Below, piece by piece: positions 20,538 through 30,495 of a stretch of 64,000 bases of DNA (its first letter is position 1; each line of letters begins with the position of its first letter). Both the position numbers and the translations under genes were made by a program. A model generated the notes under the pieces. That model did not search any database. It saw nothing but the letters and a program-made list of their open reading frames with translations, and was not told the DNA's origin. Location: NCBI GenBank assembly GCA_963848815.1, contig CAWKFY010000017.1, positions 13,852-77,851 on the forward strand, written 5' to 3'. This stretch comes from an uncultured Chloroflexia bacterium (GTDB lineage Bacteria; Chloroflexota; Dehalococcoidia; GIF9; UBA5629).

Positions 20538-20576
20538 CTACTTGGCTATCTTCCAGGTCGTGTCCTTGGGAGTGTC
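20538..20576 (-). repeat. Displaced, diverged copy of the cysS 3' end (13 codons)
   Basis: Reads GAC ACT CCC AAG GAC ACG ACC TGG AAG ATA GCC AAG TAG (DTPKDTTWKIAK*), versus cysS 26399-26437 GAC ACG CCC AAA GGG ACG ACC TGG AAG ATA TCG CAC TGA ([12 protein letters not shown]). 26/30 identical over the first 10 codons, including a 15-nt exact match, and the stop is at the same position. Confidence 0.82.
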
Positions 20577-20578
20577 AA

Positions 20579-21370
20579 TTATTCACCACGCCACTGCGGT
20601 TCTCTTTTCTCCAACCAGGCAACGGGGCCCTCCAATACATCAGGTGTCGTATAGTTAATAAGCATAGCCATCTCAGTCAACTCAAGATTAATATTCCTGA
20701 ACATATCCATTCCCCTCCACAACAAACGCTTGGCAAACTGCGTTGCCACAGGAGCCTGAGTAAATTGCCTGCAATATTCTTTCGCTGCAGATAAAAACTC
20801 ATCGTCGGGGAACACCTTACTCACATAGCCTATTTTTAAAGCTTCCTCAGCATCAATCATTTTACCCGACCATATTAGCTCTAGAGCTTTAGCAGTGCCC
20901 ACTATACGGGGTAAAAAATAACAACCGGCATCACCGGGAAGGAGACCCATTCGTACATAGGTCATGCCCACCCTGGCTTTGTCTGACATTATTCTCATAT
21001 CCGCCATACTTGCCATATCCATACCGGCGCCGGCAGCCGGGCCGTTTATTGCGGCGATGTAAGGTTTATCCAGACTTTCTATAGCACGTGGTATCCTGTG
21101 TACAGTCATACGAAAGTAGTTACGCATCGAATAAAGCGCCGGCACTTCTTTGCGGCTGGAAACAGCCTTGATATCCATTCCAGAACAAAACCCTTTACCT
21201 GCTCCAGTTACAATTACAACTCTGACTTTCGGATCGGTCTTTGCCAATTCAATTGCGTCAACCCACTCGTCGAGCATGGTATCATTGAACGCATTGAGAG
21301 TCTCAGGGCGATTAAGAGTGATGGTGGCGATATAATCCTCAACTGTATATATAATATCCTTGTATGACAT
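20579..21370 (-). CDS. Enoyl-CoA hydratase/isomerase family protein
   Basis: ITLNRPE..NAF, TGAGKGFCSGMD, KPYIAAINGPAAGAG, GLLPGDAG. Confidence 0.92.
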   Translation of the reverse strand: MSYKDIIYTVEDYIATITLNRPETLNAFNDTMLDEWVDAIELAKTDPKVRVVIVTGAGKGFCSGMDIKAVSSRKEVPALYSMRNYFRMTVHRIPRAIESLDKPYIAAINGPAAGAGMDMASMADMRIMSDKARVGMTYVRMGLLPGDAGCYFLPRIVGTAKALELIWSGKMIDAEEALKIGYVSKVFPDDEFLSAAKEYCRQFTQAPVATQFAKRLLWRGMDMFRNINLELTEMAMLINYTTPDVLEGPVAWLEKREPQWRGE

Positions 21371-21456
21371 AATTCTCTCCTTTTACTTTATCGATCCACG
21401 TTTATCACGAAATTACTCCGGACATCGGCCAAAAATTTTACTGTGAAGATACCGAG

Positions 21457-22320
21457 CTACGACAGCCCCAATAATCCGGCCGGATTCACTTTTACCATTA
21501 ATTCGACTTCGCTTTCCGTCATGCCGTACTTAAGCATGGTTGCAATGAACATCCGCATGCCCTCGGGGGGTGGCGGATTATCGTTTTGTCCGAAATCTGT
21601 GCTCATTATGCAATGCTCAGCACCGATCAGCTTCATAGCCTGTACCATTTGTGCCGGATCACGCCGTCCTCCACTGGATACAATTTCCAGAAAACAATGC
21701 TCAATTACAGCCCCTTCTTTGACCAGTTTAACCTGATCCTCTACTGTCAAGGACTTATCAAGCCCATGAGAACACATAGCATGAGTTATGACTATCTTCG
21801 TTAATCCTGCCTGTTTAGCCTCTGTAACCAGTGTGAAAATCTCAGCCGGAGCGAGATGGCCGGTAGCCAGGACCATATCATGCTTTTTAATGACAGGGAA
21901 TATCTGTCTTACGGTTGCCTTATTCTCCTCTTCGAGGATATTGAAACCTTTTTCTTTAAAATCAACACCTAACAGCCTGGTTAAGGCCAGCCTGGTATTT
22001 TGGGCAGAGAAGGTGGGCATCCAGATTACCCTTGCGCCCAGTTCTCCGGCCGCTTCCACAACCGGGACATTTATACCACCAGTTTCATACTCAAGACAGA
22101 GACTTCCATAGGTTGATATACCGGGAACCGCCTGATTAACAATGTAGGACATTGGAGCAGTTAGATAACTGTGGCTTTTAAACACAATGCCTCCCATGCC
22201 GTATTCCCTGGCCAACCTGGCCACCTGCAAAGCATCCATGCGTCGTTCAATGAGAACGTCCGGCCCGGCGTGAACATGAAAGTCAATAGATCCTTGCAAC
22301 AGTTGGTCTGCTCTACTCAT
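21457..22320 (-). CDS. DUF6282 family metal-dependent TIM-barrel protein (amidohydrolase-like)
   Basis: DFHVHAGPD, VFKSH, WMPTFSA, LATGHL, VITH, STDFGQ, NPAGLLG. Confidence 0.8.
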   Translation of the reverse strand: MSRADQLLQGSIDFHVHAGPDVLIERRMDALQVARLAREYGMGGIVFKSHSYLTAPMSYIVNQAVPGISTYGSLCLEYETGGINVPVVEAAGELGARVIWMPTFSAQNTRLALTRLLGVDFKEKGFNILEEENKATVRQIFPVIKKHDMVLATGHLAPAEIFTLVTEAKQAGLTKIVITHAMCSHGLDKSLTVEDQVKLVKEGAVIEHCFLEIVSSGGRRDPAQMVQAMKLIGAEHCIMSTDFGQNDNPPPPEGMRMFIATMLKYGMTESEVELMVKVNPAGLLGLS

Positions 22321-22364
22321 TTATCACGTCCTATCCTTGACGCTATAGGAACGCTCATATTTTC

Positions 22365-23969
22365 CTACCGCTGCAGCATATAACCGCTGGCTTCTCTATC
22401 CCACGCATTTCCAATACCTTCCTTCCTGAGGATCTCTTTCTGTATTTTATCCGTGCCCTTTGTTCTTGGAAATTCTTTGACAAACTCTACGAATCTCGGG
22501 ATCATAAATCGTGCCAGCTTGGTTTGCAGATAATCCAGCAACTCCTCAGGATTCATGCTCTGCCCATCATGTAATCGCACCATTATCTTGGTCTCTGTTA
22601 TCTTACCTAACTGCACACCGATCAGAGCCGTCTCAACAATCTTCGGATTCTGTATGCAGGCAGCTTCTACTACCTCCACAGGTATCCACTCCCCTTTAAC
22701 ATTTATACTATCGGCGAGACGTTGTTCGAATAGAAGATTCCCATCTTCATCAAACCTGCCGGCATCACCCGTGTGAAACCATCCATTATTGAAAGCCTGT
22801 TTGTTTTTATCCGGCATGTTGTAATAGCCGTCAAATATTACATGGGGTTCCTTGCCCCGGACGATTATCTCGCCCACCTCATTGACAGCTTTTTCTTTAT
22901 CGTTTTCATCCACAACCTTTATCTCTACATAGTCCACAGGTTTGCCACAGAACTTTATCAACATTTCACCTAGATGGTCCATCTTCCTGGGTATCGGCAG
23001 ATAATGCCTATGCATGACCACGAAACCCGGAAGCTCCGTCGACCCGTAACCACTTCCTCCTACAGGTATCTTGAAACGTTCCATAACGGTACGCACCGCC
23101 GCCACAGGTATCATTCTAACCCTGTGCTGAGTTTCCTCAGGTGTAACGGGTTGTGCCAGCTGATAGATTATCGGCGCTGAATGAAGCACGAGTAACGTGG
23201 CTCTATACTTTACCACCTGTTTCCAGAATTGCGACGCGCTGTATTTCTCGACGATGACCACACTGCCGTTGCCGGCCAGAGTATTCATAAGAAAGTAGGT
23301 CTGAGGATTGATATGAAATAAGGGCAGGGGGTCAAATGAAATGTCGGTGTAATTGGTCATAGACCATTCCCTTAAATATTCACCCGAGGTAAGATAGGCC
23401 TTATGACTCAACATCGCCCACTTCGGAGCACCTGTGGTCCCCGCTGTGTGTATAAAGCCCATCGGTTCCCCATTGTCGATTTCTATTAATGGAGGCGCCG
23501 AAGGGGAAGCATTGGAGAAGATCTGATCAAAACCGATTACCTGCTGTGAATCAATCCCCTCAGAATCAGGCATGCAAATCACATGTTTGATCTCAGGCAA
23601 GGATTTGCTGACCTGAGCATAATTTCCCCATCTGTCATTATTGATAATAACGAATTCTGCGTCAGCCTGGCTGAGCAGATATTGAAGGCTTTCTCCCTTA
23701 AAATCTACATTTACGAATAAGCTGATCGCTCCCAATTTCGCTAAACCAAACCAGCAATAAAGGAACTCGGGACAATTTGTCATAACTATGGCAACCTTCG
23801 TCCCTTTCCTCACACCGAGATCGTATAGAGCGTTAGCCACCTTGTTTGCACTGGCGTCGACCTGCCCGTAGGAATACATTTCGTCCCGAAACCAGATGCA
23901 GGGTAAGTCCTTACCCAAATCAACTTTTTCTTCAAACCATTGCCTGAAATTAATTTTTGGTATATTCAT
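22365..23969 (-). CDS. Acyl-CoA ligase (CaiC/crotonobetaine-CoA ligase-like AMP-binding protein)
   Basis: HTAGTTGAPK AMP-binding loop, PLFHIN, YGSTE, GWFHTGD, KGTDKIQK. Confidence 0.9.
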   Translation of the reverse strand: MNIPKINFRQWFEEKVDLGKDLPCIWFRDEMYSYGQVDASANKVANALYDLGVRKGTKVAIVMTNCPEFLYCWFGLAKLGAISLFVNVDFKGESLQYLLSQADAEFVIINNDRWGNYAQVSKSLPEIKHVICMPDSEGIDSQQVIGFDQIFSNASPSAPPLIEIDNGEPMGFIHTAGTTGAPKWAMLSHKAYLTSGEYLREWSMTNYTDISFDPLPLFHINPQTYFLMNTLAGNGSVVIVEKYSASQFWKQVVKYRATLLVLHSAPIIYQLAQPVTPEETQHRVRMIPVAAVRTVMERFKIPVGGSGYGSTELPGFVVMHRHYLPIPRKMDHLGEMLIKFCGKPVDYVEIKVVDENDKEKAVNEVGEIIVRGKEPHVIFDGYYNMPDKNKQAFNNGWFHTGDAGRFDEDGNLLFEQRLADSINVKGEWIPVEVVEAACIQNPKIVETALIGVQLGKITETKIMVRLHDGQSMNPEELLDYLQTKLARFMIPRFVEFVKEFPRTKGTDKIQKEILRKEGIGNAWDREASGYMLQR

Positions 23970-24066
23970 TTTAAATTCTCATAACGCTTGATATCTATTT
24001 TCTCTGAGAAATATCCTTCAGTATTCCTTCACATATGTCGGGTATTAAAGGAACCTTCCGTCAATG

Positions 24067-25188
24067 TTAAAATCCCTGTAACATCATTACCTGGCTAGCG
24101 ATATTGTTCAACATAATCTCCGAGGTTCCCCCGCCTACCTGCATAGCCTTAACCCCCAGCAAGAATCGTTCGTACATTGTGCCGCGATAGCATGCATGAC
24201 TGCCGACCAGTGAAAAACACTTGTTGGCAATTTTTTCGGCTGCTTCACCTGCAAGGTACTTTGCTACTGCTGTTTCCAAAATATGCTCAATACCATTGTC
24301 TTCCATCCAGGCGGCGCGGTCTCTGGCCAGCTTAGCAGCTTCCAGGTTGGCATATAACTCAGCAATCGTCCACTTGATGCCCTGAAAATCTGTCACATGG
24401 CGGCTGCCGACTACCCTTTCTTTGGCATATTTGACGGCACGGTCCAGGCATCCACGCCCTATACCGATGAATTGAGAGGCATTGCCTATTCTGCTCAAAT
24501 TGAAAGTTTGCAGGAAAATATCCAGTGCGCCACCTTCCCTGCCCAATATCTGGGTTTTGGGGATACGACAATCCAAATAAATGTCATACATTGGCGCCGT
24601 TCGGCCTGCCATGCCCTCGGCCTTAACAAATTTCACACCATCGCTGTCTTTATCAATAAGAAACTCGGTTAGCCCTGACTCGGTCTTCGTTAGCAGAATA
24701 AAAACGCCTGCTTCCTTTGCTAAGTTGATATGCTTCTTATGGCCTTTGATCACATAGTATTCACCATCTTTGACAGCTATGGTTTCCAAATTTTTGAAGC
24801 TCGACCCCGCATTGGGCTCGGAGATCGCCTGGGCGGAGGTAAATTCACCATTTGCCAGCCGTGGCAAATATCTTTTTTTCTGCTCCTCGGTACCGGCAAC
24901 AAGAATAGATTTCTCCGCCTGAACATTGGTTTGAGGCGATAGCAAACCTTCCTTGGTCAATTCCTCAATGATAATAGCGTATTCCATGGCGCCCTTTCCC
25001 ATGCCACCATATTCCAGCGGCACGATAGGGCCTGTCCAGCATTTCTGACCCATGCTTAAAAAAAGATCTTCCGGGAAAATACCTTCCTCTTCTTCGCATT
25101 CTCGTTGCGGCTTGGTAGACTCTGCTCTGGCAAATTCAGCAACTTCGTTTTTCAGCTCCAGTTGTTCTTTTGTGTATTCGAAATTCAT
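24067..25188 (-). CDS. Acyl-CoA dehydrogenase
   Basis: VPLEYGG.G, AISEPNAGS, IKGHK..I, SRIGNASQ.IG, DFQGIKW, GGTSEIM. Confidence 0.92.
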   Translation of the reverse strand: MNFEYTKEQLELKNEVAEFARAESTKPQRECEEEEGIFPEDLFLSMGQKCWTGPIVPLEYGGMGKGAMEYAIIIEELTKEGLLSPQTNVQAEKSILVAGTEEQKKRYLPRLANGEFTSAQAISEPNAGSSFKNLETIAVKDGEYYVIKGHKKHINLAKEAGVFILLTKTESGLTEFLIDKDSDGVKFVKAEGMAGRTAPMYDIYLDCRIPKTQILGREGGALDIFLQTFNLSRIGNASQFIGIGRGCLDRAVKYAKERVVGSRHVTDFQGIKWTIAELYANLEAAKLARDRAAWMEDNGIEHILETAVAKYLAGEAAEKIANKCFSLVGSHACYRGTMYERFLLGVKAMQVGGGTSEIMLNNIASQVMMLQGF

Positions 25189-25441
25189 GTATTTCCTCCA
25201 CTAATTTATTTCCATCTCGAACTTCGGATTATGCAGCCGATCTACCCTATCGTCAACATAACTCCCGCGTGTATTGAGAAGGTGAGGCTAGAAGGAATAG
25301 TTTTATGTATATTACCATTCAAAACATCTATGTCAATATTTTTTACATTTTTATTAACTATTTTTATTGTTTTGATTTTATAGTTATCAATATTGTCCAA
25401 TATATTTACAATATTTGGAATATATGATATCAATATTGACC

Positions 25442-26353
25442 ATGGGACAACTGGATGATATCGATAAAAAAATAATCGGCGTGCTAAGAACAAATGCTTA
25501 CATGAGCAGTATCGAGATGTCAAAACATATCGATATTTGCGCTTCAACCATCCGTCGCCGGGTAAATAAGCTCATAAAAAATGATGTCATACGTATACAG
25601 GCTGTTCAAATAAATCGCGTAAGAACATCTCTGACAGTTGGTATTCTGCTTAAAGTAGAAAACAGTGCAATCAGCCGGACGGCTGATCTATTAGCTGGCC
25701 AGAAGGAAGTAGGATTTATAACGTTGATCACGGGCTACTATAATATAGCCTGCCTTTGCTGGTTTGCATCTGTTCAATCATATTCCCGATTCCTAAACAC
25801 AATACTTTATCCCATGCAGGATGTGCTGGATACAGATACCTTAATTTGCACTAAATATGTTAAACACGCATCAATTAGACTCGATGATACGGTTGATTTA
25901 ACTGAACCGGCTAACAAAAAAGTCGACGATATCGATATGAAAATTATTGAAGAGCTCGAAAAAGATGCTCGTCAAAGCATGACAAGGCTGGCAAAGAACC
26001 TCAATATTAGCGCTCCTACTATCAAACGCAGAATAAAAGCACTATTAGACAATAACATTATCCGAATACTGGCTATACCCAACCTATGCACCGGAAAAAC
26101 AGTCGTGGTTTCCATAGCGCTGAAGGTCGAAAATAGCGCACTCAATAACATTGTAGACCGGCTATGCGATTTCGATGAAGTGCGGCAGGTTTTGTTGTTA
26201 TCAGGCACTTATGATATAAGTGTCTGGGCATGGTTTGAATCTATTGAAACCTTCTCGAAGTTCTTACAGAATGTTATTAATCCTCTGGAGGGAGTAGAAA
26301 AAAAGCTAGTTGCCATCCAAACTGAATTTAGGAAATGGACACACCAGCATTAA
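25442..26353 (+). CDS. Lrp/AsnC family regulator with tandem duplicated HTH-AsnC modules
   Basis: Two repeats: LDDIDKKII..L..NA...RRRVNKL and VDDIDMKIIEELEKDARQS...KRRIKAL, each followed by a ITGYYNI/LSGTYDI regulatory domain. Start placed at ATG 25442. Confidence 0.88.
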   Translation: MGQLDDIDKKIIGVLRTNAYMSSIEMSKHIDICASTIRRRVNKLIKNDVIRIQAVQINRVRTSLTVGILLKVENSAISRTADLLAGQKEVGFITLITGYYNIACLCWFASVQSYSRFLNTILYPMQDVLDTDTLICTKYVKHASIRLDDTVDLTEPANKKVDDIDMKIIEELEKDARQSMTRLAKNLNISAPTIKRRIKALLDNNIIRILAIPNLCTGKTVVVSIALKVENSALNNIVDRLCDFDEVRQVLLLSGTYDISVWAWFESIETFSKFLQNVINPLEGVEKKLVAIQTEFRKWTHQH

Positions 26354-26398
26354 CCATCGTATTCTGTTATGGCTATGTCCTGATATCAAAGGCTTCAA

Positions 26399-27761
26399 TC
26401 AGTGCGATATCTTCCAGGTCGTCCCTTTGGGCGTGTCCTCAATAGCTATCCCCATCTTGAGCAACTGGTCGCGCACCTCGTCGGCCTGCTTCCACTCTTT
26501 GGCTTTGCGGTACTGGTTGCGCTCGCTCTATCAGCTCCAGGATTTTCTCCTCTTGAGAGTGTTCAAGCTTTCTGGCCTCCTGCAGGGTAAAGCCGATCAC
26601 GCCGGCCAGCTCTTTAAGCATCTGCTGAGCGGGGCCGATGTCCATCCCCTTCTCGCTGCCGCGATTGATCTCACGCACCAGTTCGAACATGGCAGCCACG
26701 GCCTGCGGCGCGCTGAAATCATCGTCCATGGCCTCCATAAAACGCATCCTGTACGGCCCGGCGTCAAGTACTTCGCCGCCCGGCTTACCCTCCGCCTTGA
26801 TAGCCTGCTTCATTCTCTCGATGCCGGTTTCAGCAGCGTCGAGGGCTTCCTCACTATAGCGCAGCGGCATCCTGTAGTAGGAGCTTATGATAAAGAGCCT
26901 GATGGCGTCGGCGCTGTTGCGCTCCAGCGCCTGCTTGATGGTAACCAGGTTGCCCAGCGATTTGCTCATCTTGTCCGCGCCGAGCTGCAGAAAGCCGTTG
27001 TGCATCCAGATGCGCACGAAGGGCTCGACTCCGGTGAAACATTCCGACTGGGCCATTTCGTTCTCATGGTGCGGGAATACCAGGTCCTGTCCGCCGCCGT
27101 GAATATCCAGCGTTTTGCCCAGATGCTTGATGGACATGGCCGTGCATTCGATATGCCAGCCCGGACGGCCTTCGCCCCAGGGGCTGGGCCAGGCCGGCTC
27201 GCCCGGCTTGGCCGCTTTCCAGAGCGCAAAGTCCAGGGGGTCTTCTTTTTTCTCAGTCTCGGAAGTTTCGGTGACCCGCATGTCGTCCGCAGTCTGGTGC
27301 GTCAACTTTCCATAGCCGGGGAAGCTTTTTACCCGGAAATAAACGCTGCCGTCGTCCACCCGGTAAGCATGTCCCTTATCCACCAGGGTCTGGATGACCT
27401 GGATAATCATGGGTATTTCCTCGGTAGCCCGGGGATAAATCGTCGCCCTCTGGATATTAAGGGCGTCCATATCCGCGAAAAATTCGCCGATATATTTTTC
27501 CACCAGCTCTTTCCAGGGTATATGCCTCTCGTTTGAGCGGTTTATGATCTTATCGTCGATGTCGGTGAAATTCTGCACGTATTTGACCTGGTATCCCCGG
27601 TATTCCAGGTAGCGCCTGATGACGTCGAACGTTATATAGCTCAGCGCGTGGCCGAAATGACAGACATCATATACCGTAACCCCGCAAACATACATCTTAA
27701 CTTCGTTATCTTGGGGAGCAAACTCTTCCTTTTGGCCGGACAGGGTATTGAATATCTTCAT
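26399..27761 (-). CDS. cysS: Cysteine--tRNA ligase; frameshift near 26525
   Basis: [45 protein letters not shown]. The +1 frame continues [21 protein letters not shown]...[13 protein letters not shown]. Confidence 0.95.
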
Positions 27762-27786
27762 GAAACACCTCTAGTTTAGTATATGG

Positions 27787-28258
27787 TCACTCTTCCAGCA
27801 TGGCTGTGGCATAGGCCGCCATGCCTTCTCCCTTTCCTGTGAAGCCCAGGCCGTCGGTGGTGGTCGCCTTGACCATCACCTGGTCGTCGTCGATTCTGAG
27901 CGCTAAAGCTATATTGGCCCGCATCTCATCTATATAGGTAGCAATCTTGGGTGCCTGGGCAACAAGCACGCTGTCGACATTTTTTACTACATAGCCCTTC
28001 GGCCGCCACCAGACGTCTCACCTGCTCGAGCAAACCAATGCTGGAAGCGCCTTTAAAGCGCGGGTCGCCGCTGGGGAACTGATGGCCGATATCCTTCAGC
28101 CCGGCGGCGCCCAGCAGGGCATCCATGATGGCGTGCACCAGCACATCGGCATCGCTGTAGCCGTCCAGTCCCTGGTTGAAGGGGATCTCAACGCCTCCGA
28201 TAATCAGCGGCCTGCCGGGTACCAGCGCGTGCGCATCGTAGCCTATTCCCGTCCTCAT
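27787..28258 (-). CDS. ispF: 2-C-methyl-D-erythritol 2,4-cyclodiphosphate synthase; frameshift near 27995
   Basis: [28 protein letters not shown]; after a +1 shift in a GGG run: [18 protein letters not shown]...[17 protein letters not shown]. Confidence 0.93.
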
Positions 28259-28933
28259 GATTTCACCATTTTCTTTACGATCGTCTCCGCCAGCAATAAG
28301 TCTTCCGGCGTAGTAATTTTAATATTTTCATTGTCGCCCGGATATAATTTTACGCTGTATCCGGCCAACTCCACCATGCCTGCATCATCCGTTACCTTGC
28401 TTCTTAACGGATGCGTAGGCCTTTTTGAGGATATCCGTGCGGAATACCTGCGGCGTCTGTACCGCCCTCAAGCTGTCGCGTTCCAGTGTTTGCAGCACGG
28501 TGCCATTCTCATCAACCTGCTTGATGGTATCCTTGACCCGGACTGCTGCTGCAGCCGCCCCCGTAGTCCCGGCCGCCTGGATACCATCCCTTATCAGCCT
28601 CTCGGTTAAAAAAGGCCGGGCGCCATCCTGTACCAATACCCAGTCACTATCTTTAACCAGAGCCAGGCCTTTACAGACCGAGTCCTGCCGCAATTCTCCT
28701 CCCGCGCAAATGTCCAATACCTTGGACCACCGGCGCTCTTCAACCATTTTTTTTCCAGTCTCGATTTTGCCGGCCTGTAAAACCAATATTATATGTTCTA
28801 TCAGCTTGCTGCGCTGTAAGGCATCCACCGGCCAGGCGATGAGCGGTTTGTCTCCCAGCTTGAGGAACGATTTATCCCAGCCCATCCTCTGCCCAGCGCC
28901 GGCGCTTACCACGATCGCAGCTACTCTGGACAC
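28255..28933 (-). CDS. ispD: 2-C-methyl-D-erythritol 4-phosphate cytidylyltransferase; frameshift near 28400
   Basis: [31 protein letters not shown]; +1 frame continues VTDDAGMVE...[10 protein letters not shown]; ATGA overlap with ispF. Confidence 0.93.
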
Positions 28934-28935
28934 GT

Positions 28936-30336
28936 TTACTCCGGCTCCAGGTCCTTTTTGCGGGAGACTTTTTCCAGTCCCAGCCTGAGCGCGGCAGCTA
29001 CGTTATCCGCTTTGATTATCTCAATGCCGTTAATGCCGCTAATAGCCTTTTTGAATGTGCCCGGTATAATGCAGCGGGTGAAGCCCAGCCTGGCAGCTTC
29101 GGAAATGCGCCTTTCGATCTGAGTGACCGATCTCAGCTCGCCGCTCAAGCCTATCTCGCCGACCGCAGCAGTCCCCGGTATGGCCCTGGCATCACGAAAG
29201 CTGGAGGCTATAGCCAGTGCGATGCCCAGGTCTGCAGCCGGCTCCGAGATTTTAATTCCGCCCGTCACGTTTACGATCACATCCTGGTTATAGAGTCCCA
29301 CTCCGGCCCTCCTGGTCAGGACGGCGGAGATCATCAGCAGCCGGTTGAAATCTACGCCGTTGCATATACGCCGTGGAGGACCGTAAGCCGAAGGGCTGGT
29401 CAGCGCCTGGATCTCCACCAGCAGCGGCCTGCTCCCCTCCAGCGTGGGGACAACGGCTGCTCCGATAGTGCCGTTCATGTAGGATTCAAGGAAAAACTGC
29501 GAGGGGTTGGGCACTTCCACCAGGCCGGCTCCGCCCATCTCGAACACTCCTACCTCGTTGGTCGAGCCGAAACGGTTCTTGGCGCTCCTCAGGATGCGAT
29601 AACTATTGAATGCTTCTCCTTCCAGGTAAAGCACTACGTCCACGATATGCTCGAGGGCCTTGGGCCCGGCGATCGCGCCATCCTTGGTCACATGGCCCGA
29701 GATAAATACGGCCACGCCCGACTTTTTAGCCCATCTCAACAGTCGCAGGGTACATTCACGTATCTGGTTGATGCTGCCGGGAGCGCCGTTGATATCATCC
29801 ATATAGACCGTTTGAATCGAATCGACGATAACAAGCGTGGGTTCGGCGGCTTCGAGCCTGGCCATAACGTTATCCATGTTGGTTTCAGGGTAGATGAAGA
29901 GTCCCGTTCCATTAACATTCAGCCGGTCGCCGCGCATCTTGAGCTGCTGCGACGATTCCTCACCGGAGATATAAACGACCTGGCCGCCCCTGGAGGCCAC
30001 GGCATCTGAAACCTGGAGCAATAAAGTGGACTTGCCGATGCCCGGGTCACCGCTTATGAGGACTACCGACCCTGCAACCAGGCCGCCACCCAAGACGCGG
30101 TTCAATTCCTCAATGGAAAAAGCGATGCGGGCATAGCTGTCCCGCTGCACCTTGGCCAGCTCATGAAGGGGGCTGCCGGCGTCGGCGGCTTTTGCGCCGG
30201 TATGTTTGGTTACCGCCACGGTGCTTTCGACCAGGCAATTCCACTCCTGGCAGCCCGGACAGCGGCCTTCCCACTTGGGAGATTCCCGTCCGCATTTCTG
30301 GCAAATATAAACCGTCTTGACTTTAGATTTTTCCAA
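28936..30336 (-). CDS. radA: DNA repair protein RadA/Sms
   Basis: CQKCG...GRCPGCQEWN zinc finger, GDPGIGKST, KNRFG motif, Lon-like C-terminus. Confidence 0.97.
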   Translation of the reverse strand: MEKSKVKTVYICQKCGRESPKWEGRCPGCQEWNCLVESTVAVTKHTGAKAADAGSPLHELAKVQRDSYARIAFSIEELNRVLGGGLVAGSVVLISGDPGIGKSTLLLQVSDAVASRGGQVVYISGEESSQQLKMRGDRLNVNGTGLFIYPETNMDNVMARLEAAEPTLVIVDSIQTVYMDDINGAPGSINQIRECTLRLLRWAKKSGVAVFISGHVTKDGAIAGPKALEHIVDVVLYLEGEAFNSYRILRSAKNRFGSTNEVGVFEMGGAGLVEVPNPSQFFLESYMNGTIGAAVVPTLEGSRPLLVEIQALTSPSAYGPPRRICNGVDFNRLLMISAVLTRRAGVGLYNQDVIVNVTGGIKISEPAADLGIALAIASSFRDARAIPGTAAVGEIGLSGELRSVTQIERRISEAARLGFTRCIIPGTFKKAISGINGIEIIKADNVAAALRLGLEKVSRKKDLEPE

Positions 30337-30416
30337 TTTCTTCTTCTATGCTTAAAGACATTCAGCCAGCCAATAATAACAAAAATAGTCGCAATTTGCC
30401 CCGGCCGTGCATCAGT

Positions 30417-30466
30417 GTAAAAAATAAGGGGCAGGGCTGCAGTCTAAAAACTGGCCCCGCCCCCTT
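30417..30466 (-). terminator. Probable intrinsic terminator after clpC
   Basis: Imperfect GC-rich hairpin (AAGGGG..CGGGGC / GCCCTG..CCCCTT) followed by a T-tract on the minus strand. Confidence 0.55.
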
Positions 30467-30495
30467 CAACTCTTATGCGATTCCGGATTTTTACT

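Larger units (their letters stand above)
20577..26398. mobile_element. Integrase-free accessory cassette bracketed by cysS 3'-end repeats
   Basis: Flanked by the cysS end and its displaced copy; visibly more AT-rich than flanking core genes; no recombinase gene inside. Confidence 0.6.
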
